Part shown: positions 1 through 16,754 of the stretch, one piece after another | Position numbering within the stretch: position 1 is the stretch's first letter | Layout of the letters: every line of letters starts with the position of its first letter | NCBI RefSeq assembly: GCF_009914755.1 | Contig: NC_060928.1 | Reading direction: 5' to 3' (one strand) | DNA from: the human T2T-CHM13v2.0 reference genome, Homo sapiens | DNA length: 64,000 nt | The notes under the pieces: generated by a model | Databases searched by the model: none | Seen by the model: only the letters and a program-made list of their open reading frames with translations | Told to the model about the DNA's origin: nothing | Program-made: the position numbers and the translations under genes

Positions 1-583
1 ATCCCTTTCTCTCACCTTCCACAAGTTACTCCAAATAAGAACTCTAATTTGTAAATTATTGATATAAACCTTTAAGGATACATGGTTTCCATTATCTTTG
101 GAAAACCTATGGGGCAGGAGATTCTTTTCTTATTTTGGAGTTTATCTCATTGTTCTAACACCCTGATAGTAAATAAGTTTTTCCTTATGTTCCTCCAAAC
201 TCTTCAACTTTGCAGTAAACACATTTTCTCTTAATCAAAATTATTGAACAAGGAAAATCATTGCTCATTATCCTCTGTATTATTCTTGGGGATAATACAT
301 AAGTTCTGTCTTTGGTCTGTTCTATTTTAAGTTTTACTTGTGAAAAAATGGAAACTTACTTTTCATTTCTCATTATTTTTGGATCCTATTGAGATGTTCC
401 ACATGACAACTGAAATGTGGTGGCCAAAATGGGATCCCATTTACTTGATCTTTGTAGAGATGGTGGCACTTGAAAGATTGAAACAATAAGAGAAATTAAA
501 CTGGAAGTGACGGATTTAACTAACATTTTTGAACTTTTGTACCATGGAAATCAATAAAGTTGGCTGGGAAAGTATAACAGTTA

Positions 584-910
<327 letters not shown>

Positions 911-999
911 CTATCTAAAAAATTCACTCATATGTATACGAAAAGTTGCCTATATATAATATTCAATTATTAATGAATACTTTTGCAATAAGATGTTAT

Positions 1000-1145
1000 T
1001 TATTTTTTTAGAGGGGTCTTGCACTGTGGGCCAGGCTAGTGGCATGATCATAGCTCACTGGAGACTAGAACCTCTGGGCTCAAGTGATCCTTCACCTCAG
1101 CCACCCAAGTAGCTGGGACTACAGGCATGAGCCACTGTGCCAGCT
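1000..1145 (-). mobile_element. Alu monomer (FRAM/AluJ-like)
   Basis: Diverged Alu monomer; ataagatgttattt on both flanks (TSD). Confidence 0.8.
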
Positions 1146-1179
1146 CATAAGATGTTATTTTCAATTAAAACAATTTTTT

Positions 1180-1504
<325 letters not shown>

Positions 1505-1569
1505 CTAGCACATACATGAATGGACAATACTCTTACTGGCCAACGTCCACTTTTCCTCAAAATCTAGTG

Positions 1570-1890
1570 GACATGTCATGTCTTGAAAGCACTGGACAAA
1601 TCCTTAGGAAAATAAGCTCCTCTTCAAACCCCATTATTCTATATTCCAGAATTCTACAAGGAATTCCAGTCTGTATGATTCTACAATCTCACACTGTACT
1701 GTCCCTGTTATAGCAGTCATTACATTACACTGAAATTTTTTATGACTGTCTTCCCTAGTAGAAATGATCATCTTTATCAGGAGGTGGCAGATCAGGGACC
1801 ATGTAGTCGCTTCATTCTTTTTTTCATGGTCTAACATGACGCCTACTACATGCAGTAGATGCTCCAACACTGCTTATAGAATGAATGAGT
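1570..1890 (-). mobile_element. L2 LINE 3' fragment
   Basis: L2-type 3' end (...agtagatgctccaacactgcttatagaatgaatga). Confidence 0.55.
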
Positions 1891-2697
1891 TTATGTTAAA
1901 ACAAATGTAAACAGTAATTACAGAATATGGAAAAGATCTCCCTCCTTAAACTTCCAAAGACATGCCACGTGATGCAATATTATTTTGCTCAAGAAGACTT
2001 TAATACCATCGACAGACGTGCATTCCTTTTTCTATTAATTAAAAAGTTATAAGTATCATTTTAAAGATATTAACAATATAAATTCTCCTGAAATTAATTT
2101 ATGAATTCTATATAAGGCCAGTCAGAATACAGGGCTTTTAAAAACTTGATGAAGCTGTTCTGAAGTTCATATAGAAAAGCAAACATGGATGAAGAGCCAG
2201 AAAAAAAAATCTTCAAATAAAAAGCAACCATGAGGGGAAATATCTCTATCAAATGTTTAAATGTATCATTATATTACAGTAATTAACATGCTGTAGACCA
2301 GTATGGAGACAGAAAGATTCTATTAAATAAACTGAATGGAAAATTCAGAAAGAAACAAAAGTACACATGAACATTATTTTAAGATAAAGCTGGCTTCTCA
2401 AATGGTGGTAAAAGATGGCCTTTTCACCCTTTTTCATACTTCATCAATAAGGTACGTTGTGAAAATAGAAAGCCATTTGACAAAGGTCACCTGGATCTCT
2501 ACATCGCTTCTTTCAACCAAAGGAAATTCAATGGCTCGACCTCTCAAAGAAATGCCATAACAGCAACAACAATCCTAGAATTGGATTTTTTAAAAGTTTG
2601 AATGGGGAAGGGCACACTAAATAATGACATGAAATTGAGACACTACTAATGATAATGCTGATTATTTAAAAATTTTTTTAAAAAACTCTGAAACTGT

Positions 2698-3008
<311 letters not shown>

Positions 3009-3579
3009 CCTGAAACTTCCATACAGAAAAAAGAAAAAGCTCCCAAAAAACTAGCAAAAAAAACCTTGTGTAGACAAAATCAGAAGATAAACAAGAAACA
3101 GAAGAAAATTGTTTGCAATATGTGACACAAAAAGGACTAATCTCTTTAATATGAAAGGAGTTCTTACCAATCTGCATGGAAAAGATCAGTGACCCAGTAG
3201 AAATATGGACAAAGGATATGAACACAAAATTCATGGCAGAGCAGTGAGTGGCTAACAAATCTATAAAAAGATAATTAAAAAATCAAAATAAAACAATAAA
3301 ATTACCTATCAGATTAGCACTTATATAAATTTAATGACATACAGCCTTCACCATGGAGAGGGGAAGTAGATACTCACTAAAGTGTTGATGGAGGGTGAAA
3401 AAAAATACATAAAATATTTGGAAAAGCAATTTGGCAATATTAATCAAAAATTTAAATTAGAACAAACAAGCAAAAATACGATTGGGGATTTTTGTTGTTG
3501 TAACATTGTTTGAAACAACAAATGCTAGAAACAACCTGGATGTCTATCAACAGGGAATGGATTAAATTATGATATGGCT

Positions 3580-3935
3580 TATCCTCTGGTCTGAATATTG
3601 ATGTCCCCTCAAAATTCGTATATTGAAACTGAAACCCCCAAGGCAATGATATTAGGAGGTGAGGCCTTTTGGGAAATTAGTAAGTCAAGAGGAAAGAATT
3701 CTTAGAAGTGGGATTAGTGTCCTAATAAAAGAGGCTAAAGGGAGCTAATTAGATCCTTTCATGATGTGAGGACACAGCTAGAAAGCATCATCTATGAACC
3801 AGGAAGTGGCCCTTTACCAGACACCAAAACTGCCAGCACCTTGATCTTGGCGTTCCCAGCCTCCAGAACAGTAGGAAATGCAATTCTGTTATTTGCCAGT
3901 TTATGGTATTATAGCAACCTGAATGAACTAAGACA
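3580..3935 (+). mobile_element. MLT1A-type MaLR LTR
   Basis: gtctgaat..tgtcccctcaaaattc start and tatagcaacctgaatgaactaagaca end match MLT1A. Confidence 0.8.
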
Positions 3936-4239
3936 CATTGCAATGGATTTCTATGCAGCAGCTCAGACAGAACAAGCTAGAAGAGAAGGATATGGAAAAG
4001 TATCTATTATGTCCTTAAATGGAAAAAAAAAACCCATCAGGTTCAGAACAGTGGTATAAATTATCGTGTTTATTTTTTAAAGGGTATGTATCACATGCAT
4101 ACTTTGCATATATTTATATAAAAAACTACCTGGATGGATATGTAATTTATTAACCGAATAAATAAACAATTTATTCTGGAAATGGGATAGAGAGGAGCAC
4201 AATATAAGAAACTTACTTTTTACTTTATGCTGTTTTCCC

Positions 4240-4542
4240 TTTTTTTTATTTTTTATTTTTTTTGAGATGGAGTCTCGCTCTGTCACCCAGGCTGGGGTGC
4301 AGTGGTGCAATCTTGGCTCACTAAGACTTCCGCATCCCGGGTTCAAATTATTCTCCTGCCTCAGCCTCCTGAGTAGCTAGGATTACAGGTGCATGCCACC
4401 ACACCTGGCCAATTTTTGTATTTTCAGTACAGACAGGGTTTCACCATGTTGGCCAGGCTGGTGTCGAACTCCCGACCTCAAGAGATCTGCCCACCTCGGC
4501 CTCCCAAAGTACTGGGATTACAGGTGTGAGCCATCGCATCCC
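4240..4542 (-). mobile_element. AluS element
   Basis: Reverse Alu dimer; TSD tgctgttttc. Confidence 0.95.
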
Positions 4543-4687
4543 ATCTGCTGTTTTCTACTTTTTATTTTTTATGAGCATGCAGTATTTTTGTAATTAAATT
4601 TAAAACCATTGTAAAATAATGCTTGTATTTACGTAAGAGTCACTGGAAGCAAAACCCTTTGATGATTTGGCAGCATGTGATGAGACA

Positions 4688-4790
4688 CAGGGCTGGGACT
4701 GGGTTGCAGTTGCTGAGGCATTGGCCTTGGTTACAAAATTTAAGGGGTTATCAAAGGCATCAGTAATAAAGATGAATAATATATATATTT
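4688..4790 (+). mobile_element. MER96B-like hAT fragment
   Basis: cagggctgggact...caaaatttaagggg...cagtaataaagat resembles the MER96B 5' end. Confidence 0.55.
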
Positions 4791-4928
4791 TTAAGACCTT
4801 AATTTGTTACAGCACTTTTATTTTCACAGCAAAATTGAGAGGAAGGTGCAGAGATACCCCATATGCTCTTTGCCCTCATACATGCATAGCCTCCCCCATT
4901 ACCAGCATCCCTCACCAGTGGTATACAT

Positions 4929-5207
4929 CAGGGGTCCCCAACCCCGTGGCCGTGGACCCGTACCTGGCTGTGGCCTGTTAGGAGCTGGGCTGCACAACAG
5001 GAGGTGAGCGCAAGTGAACATTACTGCCGGAGCTCTGCCTCCTGTCAGACGGGCAGCAGCAGCAGACTCTCGTAGGAGCACGAACCCTATGGTGAACTGC
5101 GCATGCGAGGGATCTAGATTGCGCTCTGCTTATGAGACTCTAATTTATGCCTGAGGATCTGAGGTGGAATGGTTTCATCCCGAAACTACTAAGGTTGGGG
5201 ACCACTG
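4929..5207 (+). mobile_element. MER1B (hAT-Charlie) DNA transposon with internal deletion
   Basis: TIRs caggggtccccaacc / ggttggggaccactg; 8-bp TSD gtatacat (4921-4928) / gtgtacat (5208-5215). Confidence 0.9.
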
Positions 5208-5240
5208 GTGTACATCTTACACCTGATGAACCTACATTGA

Positions 5241-5564
<324 letters not shown>

Positions 5565-6844
5565 CACCCATAATTTACATTAGGGTTCACTCGTGGTGTT
5601 CTACATTTTATGGGTTTGAAAAACTCTATAATGACATATATCCACCATGATAAGATCATGAGTAGCAAATGACATATTGCTAGAAGTTAAATGGCTGCTC
5701 TTTAAGAAACAGGAAGCTTTGAACAGAGAGACTTCTAGAGCCTGAGTGATAACCCTTCGTGGCGCGCGCATCGGTTACACCTGTCTCTCCCTGGTTTGAA
5801 AGCTCTATTAGCTATTCATGAGAGACCCCCTTTAATTGCATTGCCTATTGAAGAGAGGTATTTTTTTCTGTATGCACATATGTTTTTGTTTTAATGTTTC
5901 ATCATAACATAATCTTCTGGAAGACATTTTAAGCAACAAATTAGAGATCCAAAGTTTAGTTAAAATACTGTTACCAATGCAAATAATTTGCTGAGGTGAG
6001 AAAAAGGGGCTGTATGATGTATTTCTGTGCAGCTGTATTTTTATGCAGCTGGTATGAAAGTAAGATTTGACATTGCGAAGACACACTCCAATCCCAGAAA
6101 TATCAAGATTTAATGAATGTTTGCATTTACAATCACAAAATTAACATACTTGCTATGTGTTTGTTTCCTTTGCAAGACTATAAGCTCCTCAGTTCCACTA
6201 TTGTTTCTCCCTCATCTCTGTGGTTCTAGAATCCAGTAAGGCACTTGGTATATTTACATGCTCAGTAAATAAAGTGGCATGAATGAGTAAAGGCAAGCTA
6301 TAAGTTAGACAGGTAACTGACAATACATGTTCAAGTAATTCAGTTGGAATGACAGGTTTGAAGGGATAGTTCCCAATTTATTCTTCCTTGTTCCGTGAAT
6401 TGTGATGGAGGTGTTTTGCTGCTCAGTTGGAAGAATGTTTTCCTCAAATGCAAGGGGGAACACTTATACATAAATGAATAAAATCTTCTCATTTAAATTG
6501 TCTATGAATCTTGGGAACCTGCTCCTACCTCTGTGATAGGGAGTAGTTCATAAACAAGTGAGTGAACAAGTAGCAAACAAATATTAACAGGTCATCTTAG
6601 AAACGGCTGATGGTCCTTAGGTCCGGAGACTGATATTTAAAGAAAATGTGTGTTGAAGGTTGTGATTCTTTATTGCACACTTGTAGTATATAGGCTAGTA
6701 AAATTGTTCTTGGTTTATACGATGGGATTAAATAAACCAATGTTTCATTGTGCTCATCAAAGGACCTTAGCAGTTCTGGGGTTAGGACTAGATACACTGT
6801 CAGCCCACAGGCTTTTCAAAAGAGCAGCCTGTGAGAAGAGTGCT

Positions 6845-7280
6845 GTGTTATCCATTTTTGTATAACAAACTACCCCCCAAACTTACTGACTTTAATCAGC
6901 AACCATTTTATTTTATCTCAGGACTTTGTGTGTAAGGATTTTAGGCAGAGGTCAGTAGAAGAGCTCCATATAGCATCTACTGAAGTCATTTGCTGTGTTC
7001 AGATGGAGGCTGAGCTGTCTAGGAGGGTCCAAGATCACTTTAGTCATATGTGGTACCTTGGCAAGTTGAAAGAAAAGCTGGGATCAGCTGGAACTTCCCC
7101 CCCACAACCACCCCCAGAGCCAACTTGTGGATTTTCCATCATGGTGGCCTCAGGGTAATTAGTCTCCTAACAGAGCAGCTCAGGGCTGAATGGCCATTTA
7201 TGACCCAATCTCAGAATTGCATAGTGGCACCTCTAGAAGGAAGGAGTGTCAAGGAATTCGCAGCTTTGTTTAAAAACTGC
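6845..7280 (-). mobile_element. MLT1-family MaLR LTR
   Basis: Starts tgtgttatcc..tgtataacaaactacccc..aaactta, typical of an MLT1 reverse complement. Confidence 0.65.
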
Positions 7281-7951
7281 CATGAGTGTGGGAGTGGGGA
7301 GAATTCAAAGGAAAGCCAAATTTATAGAGGAAGGACTGTGCGCCCTTCAGGCTTGATGATGAGGCTGCAAGTAGGAGAATGAGAAATAAGGTCAGAAGCT
7401 AAGCAGCAAGTGTCAAAAACTATGTGACAGGAGAAAATGCTGGCATCAGGCACTCAGAAGTAAGATCTATGAACAGCATGTGACGCTGGAGGCTTCCCTT
7501 TGCCAGTGGTGCGGGGCCAGGCTGGCATGGAGGACACGGGGTGCTATTTACTATCGGAGGGGCTCAGATGGCTAGATGGTTGCTTCTTTATGCTTGGACA
7601 TCAGAGTAAGTTTGACAATGTGGTCACCAGAAATAACCATTTCCCTTCTCAGTGATTCAGTCTGTTTCCTGTTCCACGGATCACTTTTCTAAACCCCAAC
7701 CAGTGATTATTGTGTTATTGGCCTTTCCTTAAGCAGAGGCTTCTGTTCCGTCCCCAGACCCACCCATAGCCTTAAACTTCAGGGGCCATGAGACACAGGG
7801 GGTGACCTGGGGTTCTTTGGTTTTTCTGAACTCTCAATGGAGCCTCCATTTTCATCAGCAGGTCTCAAATCCGTCACCTGCATTCTGTCTTCCTCCATTA
7901 TCCCTCCACACCCTTCAGCTCTCTTCCCTCTTTCAGTCATTCTGCTGTACC

Positions 7952-8311
7952 TGTTTCCGGTGGAGGGTGTCCGGGTTCTTGGCGTCTTAAAAAAAGAATT
8001 GGTCAAAACGCACAAACAAAGCAAGGAGGGAATGGTTTTATAGAAAAAGATAGTGTACACTCCACAGTGTGGGAGCGGGCCCGGGCATAGGAGCTCAAAG
8101 GCCCCATTGCAGAATTTTTGGGAGTTCAAATACCCCCTAGAGGATTCCACTGCTTACTTCGGGTTCTCCTTATGTAAACGGAGAGGATGAAGTAAAGTTA
8201 CAAAGTCATTTATGGCATACGCCCTGTGGGGAGGATATTTCCTGTTATAGCTGAAGTGTGAATCGGCCTTATGTTCCCTGCCTCCAAGGCAGACCCTATT
8301 TTCCTGCCTTA
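7952..8311 (-). mobile_element. MER61 LTR (ERV1, MER4 group), 3' LTR
   Basis: Reverse complement matches MER61 (aggcaggaaaatagggtct...gggaacataaggccgattcacacttcagctat); purine tract immediately upstream on the minus strand. Confidence 0.85.
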
Positions 8312-10278
8312 TCTCCCCGCTCAGAGATGTGATCCCCATAAATCTTTATGGAAGGTAGAGAGACAGATGGTCTTTTTTTTTTTTTCTGTAACTGCTTCAT
8401 GCTGCCTTGGGGCGTAGTCCCTACCTCTTGGGGATCACGGAACTCTCACCCTGTTCTGTCTAGTGGAGGCAGGGTAGCTTCTTGATGTCCAGGGGTGGTG
8501 CCTTCACCTGGAACTGGCTGGAACCTTTGTTGTCTGATCATCTAAAGCTTGACAGTCTCTAGGTGAGAGGAAATGAATTTGGTTAAAAGATTTAATGGGA
8601 ACTTCAGAGGGTGGATACCCATGCTGTCAGAAATGTTTGTTATAGAGATTTGCAGGAGAAAAAACAAAACCTGGTCTGTTCTAGAATCTATGTGTTTCCT
8701 TAAAGTCTTAGCATGAGCAACTCCATTTTGGTTTTGTTTGGTTTGGTTTGTGGGGGACTAGTGCATGAGCTCAGTCCAAAACAATGGCCTCCCATAATTG
8801 TGTTTAAAAAAATTCCCTGTTTTTGGTCAGGCTCTCACTTAGATGAGAGTGTAACCAAAACTTAGGGCCTTAGTGCCACTCTCTGTTACCACCTTTTTGG
8901 GTTTCCGGTCTCAGCATATCATTCTTAGGTTATGATGTCCTCATGGTTGCACATTTCATTCAGCTCCTGTTATTCCAGTTGAAGAGAGACCATATGACAT
9001 TCTAGAGATGGCTGCATGCAAGTATTTAAAACCTTTGAGGGAATACAGCATGCCAGGGAGACTATTATTATGACTATTGGGAGGATAATACCAAGAGTTT
9101 GGAGTATGTTCCTTACACAAGGTCTCCATAAATCAAACCTCCTAAAATCAAACAGATCAAAGAATGAGCTAGATAAAGAGTTTGCTCACTTGACTAAGCA
9201 ATTTCTTCGTCAATCCCCTACCACTGAATTTATATAATCTTCATTTGATGTATTTCCCCATAGGCCACAAGTGCCAGCAGCTGCACAGATACATTTCTGT
9301 TTAGCCAATTCTATTGTTTAGCATAACTTTCACAAGAGAATTTAAAGTCTGTTGTGTAACTGTAGCCTTTAAACTAGAATTTGCTATAGAACCTATCATG
9401 AGGGATACATTTCTAATCATTGCTTCTTTTACTTAAACCATGGAAAAAGGACCTAACAAGTGAATCCCTTTTAGAAGAATGAAGACCTTCTGGCAATGTT
9501 CTCTTTAACCCATGATGTGGGTTAAGAGGAGTGAACCAATGTTTTGTTTTTGACTGATTATGAGGCAACACATATACCATTAAAATTTCTCACCTACATT
9601 GGGCCTTCATCTTTTATCTGTCAAAGTAGAAGTTTATCCATGTATAAGGCTGGCTGCAAACTCCTTCACAAATAAAAGTCTACTCCATTAGTGCACACAA
9701 CAGACCCCTTTTCCACTTCTATTGTTCATAGAGGCATAAGCAAGGAAAAATATTCAAAGATAAGAGTTTCATCATGGCAGAGGTCTTAATTTGTGAACTT
9801 GGGAAAAGCAGTTCACATCAAGGATGCCATCCTCTTCTTGGGAGAAATTTCCCCGGTTTGTTTTACCTTAAAGATTCCGGCCGGGTGCAGTGGCTCACGC
9901 CTGTAATCCCAGCTCTTCTGGAGACCGAGGCAGGCGGATCATGAGGTCAGGAGATCGAGACCATCCTGGCTAACACAGTGAAGCCCCATCTCTACTAAAA
10001 ATACAAAAAATTAGCCGGGCGTGGTAGGAGGCGCCTGTAGTCCCAGCTACTCGGGAGGCTGAGGCAGGAGAATGGTGTGAACCCGAGAGGCGGAGCTTGC
10101 AGTGAGCCGAGATGCACCACTGCACTCCAGCCTGGGGGACAGAGCGATACTCTGCCTCAAAAAAAAAAGATTCCAATGGGTGCACAGCTAGCTCCAAGAG
10201 TGTGGAGGGACTCTTCTCAGTTGTGAGATCATGAACCCAAATTTCAAGGTCCCAAAGTTTTGTTGTAGTGTGGATGGC
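8312..10278 (-). mobile_element. MER4-group ERV1 internal sequence (MER61-int-like), 5'-truncated, non-coding
   Basis: Contiguous with the LTR through the polypurine tract; no open ERV ORF; no second LTR visible. Confidence 0.75.
9879..10168 (+). mobile_element. AluY inserted in ERV internal region
   Basis: Y diagnostics gagatcgagaccatcctggctaac, gcggagcttgcagtgagc; TSD aaagattcc. Confidence 0.95.
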
Positions 10279-10299
10279 CTGCCTTCTACTTTACACAGG

Positions 10300-10510
10300 G
10301 TTCTCGTAAGCCTTTCTCTGAATTGTATTTTTTACCAAAAACTTCCCTACAAACAACTCTCAGGACAGCCAATTGTTAAATTGTCAGGAAGTTTGCAAGC
10401 TGGTTGACTTCATGAGGATAGCTTGAACTTGGTCATAGCAGACTATTTATGGTATAAATTAGCACCCCTGTCCCAGAGCTGGATGTTAGGCACTTACCAG
10501 CACACCACTG
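10300..10510. mobile_element. MER63-like hAT fragment
   Basis: Ends in cttaccagcacaccactg, a MER63-type TIR. Confidence 0.45.
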
Positions 10511-11876
10511 TTCATGTCTTTATGATTTTATTTTCTCTCCTCTTGCCTCCCCCACCACCTGTCTAAATTTAATTCAGAATCACTATTTCCACTTGTGGTA
10601 GAAACATAGAACATTTGCATTTGAAAATATAAAATGGTCAAGAGCAAGTGGTCTCATCTTTCTAAGTTTTCGTCTCCTGTCCGTAAAGTGGTGATAGCAA
10701 CATCTTCCTCATAGGTTGTGGTGGGATGAGGTGATGTCATATACATCTGGTCTCAGCAAATACTCAATACTCTCTGGCCATATCACTGGTCTCATTCTCT
10801 GCATGCACCCAGCCTTGGGTTACTTATTTATCAACCGACACGTTTTGGAGCTCGCATTCTTTGAATAGCTGACACTAATGACTCATCAGTGAAGTGTGTT
10901 TTCAGTAGGAAAATGCTCACAACAATCAGTGCACACTCTTCTACATCTGTGATGAACTATGAAAACCAGGTCTCTTTCTGCAAAGCTATACCCTGAGAAG
11001 TCAGAGAGTATTCTGAATTAAATTCTTACACTGTTATCCATGCTGGACTTATTTTACTTGGCCAAAGTTATTCTTCTGAGAGCACCCACCTGGCATTTAT
11101 CTCTATTCAACTTTGCCTTAGTTATGTAGGACCAGCTTTCCTATGTGTTGAGGTCATTGTGCATTGAGGTCAGTCATGAATAGGCTGGGCAACAGCCCTT
11201 ATCTCCCCTTCTCCAGAGTCTGAAACAGTGCATTCCCTCCTATGCATCATCTGACATGGATAAAGGCTGTTAATGTGTTTTGCCCAATGGAATTCATATC
11301 TGATTCTCTCTGCAACAGTGATTTTACTTGGAAAAAGAAATATTTTCCTATACTAGTGCTACTATATTTGATGAGATTAATTGCCCTCTACTTTAAAATA
11401 TGCATATTTTAATGGCTAACAAAGATCTCAAGAAATACATAAAGTAAAAATAAAAGTCAGAAAAAAATAGAGGTTATTTGTTTGACTTTGGGAAGTGCCA
11501 AAGTTCTTTTATTGCTGCTCCATGGTTCCTATGGATCATTTTATTTTAAAGTTAGGTTTACCGAGGTATAATTCACACACTATAAAATTTATTTATTTTA
11601 GTGTAGAGTTTATGAGTCTTTCCAAACACATGTGTTGTGTAACCACCACCATAATGAGGAGATGAAACATTTCCATTCCTTCCCCAAATTCCCTAAGGCT
11701 TTTTGTAGCCAGTCCCCTTCTGCCAACAACAGGCCCTGGCAACCACTGATCTGTTTTTCTGTACCTATAGCTTTGCCTTTTTCTGGGAAGTCATACTAAT
11801 AGGAATCATACAATATGTAGTCAGACAATATTTTGAGTCTGGCTTTTTTTTTACTTAACTAATACATTTGAGATGT

Positions 11877-12551
<675 letters not shown>

Positions 12552-13289
12552 GACGTATTGATGGTATACTGGTACTAGTAGTTGTTTTTTTAAAATTGCT
12601 GAATAGTGTTTCATTGTATGAATGTACCACATTTTGTTTATCCATTCACCAGTAGAAAGGCATTTGGGTTGTTTCAAGTTTTTGGCGATTATGAATAAAG
12701 CCACTATAATAAATATCTGCATACAGATTTCTGTATGAACATAGCCTTTCATTTACTGGAAGTAAATTCTATGGACCATCTTCTTTGCCCCCACCCAAAC
12801 TCCTGTGGCTCCCCCATCGTCCTCAGAAATCACCACCCTGGGGAACTGAGTACTGTTTTTACTTCCAGCAGAGATGTGTGAGTTCTGGTGCCAAGAAGCA
12901 GTTTCACTTTTAGGTTTCTGGACAGCAGACATATATACCCTCTGTGGAGATAGAGAAATAAATAATAAGCAGGTAAATAGATGGGTGATAGACTGAGGGA
13001 GAAGTGAGGAAAAACAAGGCCAGTAAGCATGAGACAGGGCTTCTACATCAGGTGCTGTAATTAAGGGCTTCTTCTTAATTAGCAGCCCAGCTGCCTATAA
13101 AATTGAATTGTGCTTCTCTGCTTATAAACTGGAATCATGACTCACTGAATTACGATTTGCTTAAATCCACTCTTACCATTTGTGCATATGAGCTGATGTA
13201 TTGCAGCTGATATCTGGACTCAAATGAGTTGATTAGGAGGTCTCTGGTCATCAGAGATTTCTATTAATTCTGTTTGAATAACTGCAATA

Positions 13290-13650
13290 GCAACACTTAC
13301 GAAGTGCCTGCTGTGTGCCAGATACTGTTTGAAGGACTTTATATATGCTGACTCATTTAATACTCACGACAGCCTTAAGGCTAGTGATTTTTCCTACTTT
13401 ACAGATTTTACAGAATTTGAGGCACAGAGAGGTTACGTATAGACAGCAAGGGGCAAAGTTGGAATAAAAAACTCAGGCCATTATAAGCCAGACACTTGAC
13501 ATCTCTTTTTTATCTTCATCCTAGCCTGACAAGGTGACTTCTTATTATCCCTATTCTACAGATGAGGGAATTGAGACTCAGAGAAATTAAGTAACTAGGT
13601 CAAGGTCCTCCAGCTGGTGGGTCATGGAGTTGGGAATGGAATCCAAGTTA
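13290..13650 (-). mobile_element. Two MIR fragments
   Basis: MIR core motifs ttttacaga..gaggcacagagaggtta and cagatgagggaattgagactcagagaaattaagtaact. Confidence 0.7.
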
Positions 13651-14649
13651 GTCCACGTGCTCTCTATCACCTCTCCCTGCCTCTAATAAAATCACTTGGT
13701 TTGCCTTGGAGTTGACCTAAGTTAAGAGGCTGTCGAAAACATGAAATGAAGATGAATTTGTCTGAGTCTCTGTTAACCTTGCTGCCCAGGCTCAGCACAT
13801 GCTGCCTGAGTGTTTCTGCTGGGAGCTTGCTCCATGCAGCCTGCTGGCCCCAGATAGGACCTCTCTGGGGACCAGGAGGTGTATGGTAAAAGCCTTCTGA
13901 TTTTTACTATGACTTTTCTCAAACAATAAACTCCCTTTAGGGAAGTTGGGAGAGAACAAAAAATAAATACTGGTTAAGGGTATATTTACAATAGATGTCC
14001 TTTTGCATTCATTTGACTCAAATTTCCTTAATAGGCTGCTTATTCTGGGCTCCACACTTGCTCTAATTAGTTTTTGCATCATGCAATGGTTGTTGGTCTC
14101 TGGAGTGAGAGGGAGCCTGGAAACATGAGCAACAGCTATGGTTATAAAAATGCCAAATAAGCCCATCATTCACTCCCTTGACTGTGCTCTGTGTGGCAAA
14201 CGTGAAGGCCAGCCTTGCCCTTATCAATCTTACCTCCCATGCAAATGCCCTGACGTGCAGGGTGCTTTGGTTTTATTTGTTTTATCATTATTGGGCATCT
14301 TCTGTGTGCTAGTTCTGTGTTCAGCACTTTTGGACGTTTGCTATCTCCCGTGCTCACAACAGACTTTATGTACATGTCTGTCTCCTTCATAAATGATGGG
14401 CTCCTGAATATAGGGAAATGTGTCATTAAGGATGAATTGGATCTGGTTTTCTATCATCCAGGAGCCCCTAGTTTAGTAGGAGAAACCGACATATATATAA
14501 ATAATCTGAATACATGGCACACTATGATAATGCCATAATGACTATAACAGTAATAGTTACCATTTAAGGAAAATGTATCACAGTCCTGGTACTGTGCCAA
14601 GTCCTGAATGTGTTTCTATGCTTCTTTAATCCCCAGTGAAATTGAGGCT

Positions 14650-15165
14650 GTATCAGTTATCTAGTATCATAATAATGCTGTGTAACAACCATAAAACTTC
14701 AGTGGCACACAACATTTATTTTTGCTCACAAGTCTATGCGCTGGCTGGCAGCTTCTGCTTCTGGGGCAGCTGGCTGTGGGCTGAGGCACCTCAGCTGCGT
14801 TCTCTTGTGCATCTGGGCAGCTGGGGGCTGGCTGGTGCTAGGAGGGTCTCAGATGAAACAGTTTGCCTCTGTTTTAGGAGATGTCTTCTCCTCCAGCAGG
14901 CTAGCTCTGGCTTATTCTTTTGGCAGAGGCAGGATCCCTAAGGGCACAAAGTACACAAGCCTCTTGAGGCCGAGACTCAAAATGGGCACACTGCCATTTC
15001 TGCTGAACATTTGTATTTGGCCTAAGCACATTTAAAAGGGTAACCCAGATTCAGGAAATGGGGCAATATACTTTGCTTTTTGATGAGAGGAGCTGCAAAA
15101 TTATGCTGTAAAGGGCCTGGATACCGGAAGGATGAAGAATTGCAGCCATGTTTTGCAATCCACCA
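14650..15165 (-). mobile_element. MLT1-family LTR inserted in a MIR
   Basis: tgtatcagttatct..ataatgctgtgtaacaacc start; ttttgcaatccacca end; MIR halves on both flanks. Confidence 0.7.
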
Positions 15166-15399
15166 TGGGTACTATTATCGCTCCCATTTCACAGATAAGG
15201 AAACTGAGGCATAAAGAGATATCTAAGCTCATGTAGAAAGTAATGGCAATGTATATTAATAGACAAAAGACCATAGAATTGTTGGCAAAGGGAGACACTG
15301 GTGCTTTTATAAAAGACTACCTTGTGTGGAAGAAGAATGGGGACGAATTTGAACCTTAGCACTCTAGAGATGCTGTTGATGTCCTGCATCATGCCAGGA

Positions 15400-16152
<753 letters not shown>

Positions 16153-16455
16153 ACCTTGAAGGATGGCTAAGATATTGACAGATAGAGGGAGGCTGGTGAG
16201 TGTTCTAGGTAGAAGCTCTTTTGAACACTTTTGGACATTGTTTTTAAATTTTCTTTGTGCAAATGATACTATATTTGCATAATAACATTTTATTTTAATT
16301 TCAGATAATTCCTTTTAAGATTGACTCCCAGAAATAGAGTTAGTGGTTATAGATTTTAAACATTTCACAGGCTTTTAGCCACTGAAATCTAACCTTTAAC
16401 GTTAAGGATTTGCCCAGCAGATATCTCTCTTCTTATTAACTGAAGAAGTTTTTAA

Positions 16456-16754
<299 letters not shown>

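Noticed and set aside
8312-10278. Possible ERV gag/pol/env coding
   Set aside because: No long ORF or retroviral protein motif in any frame
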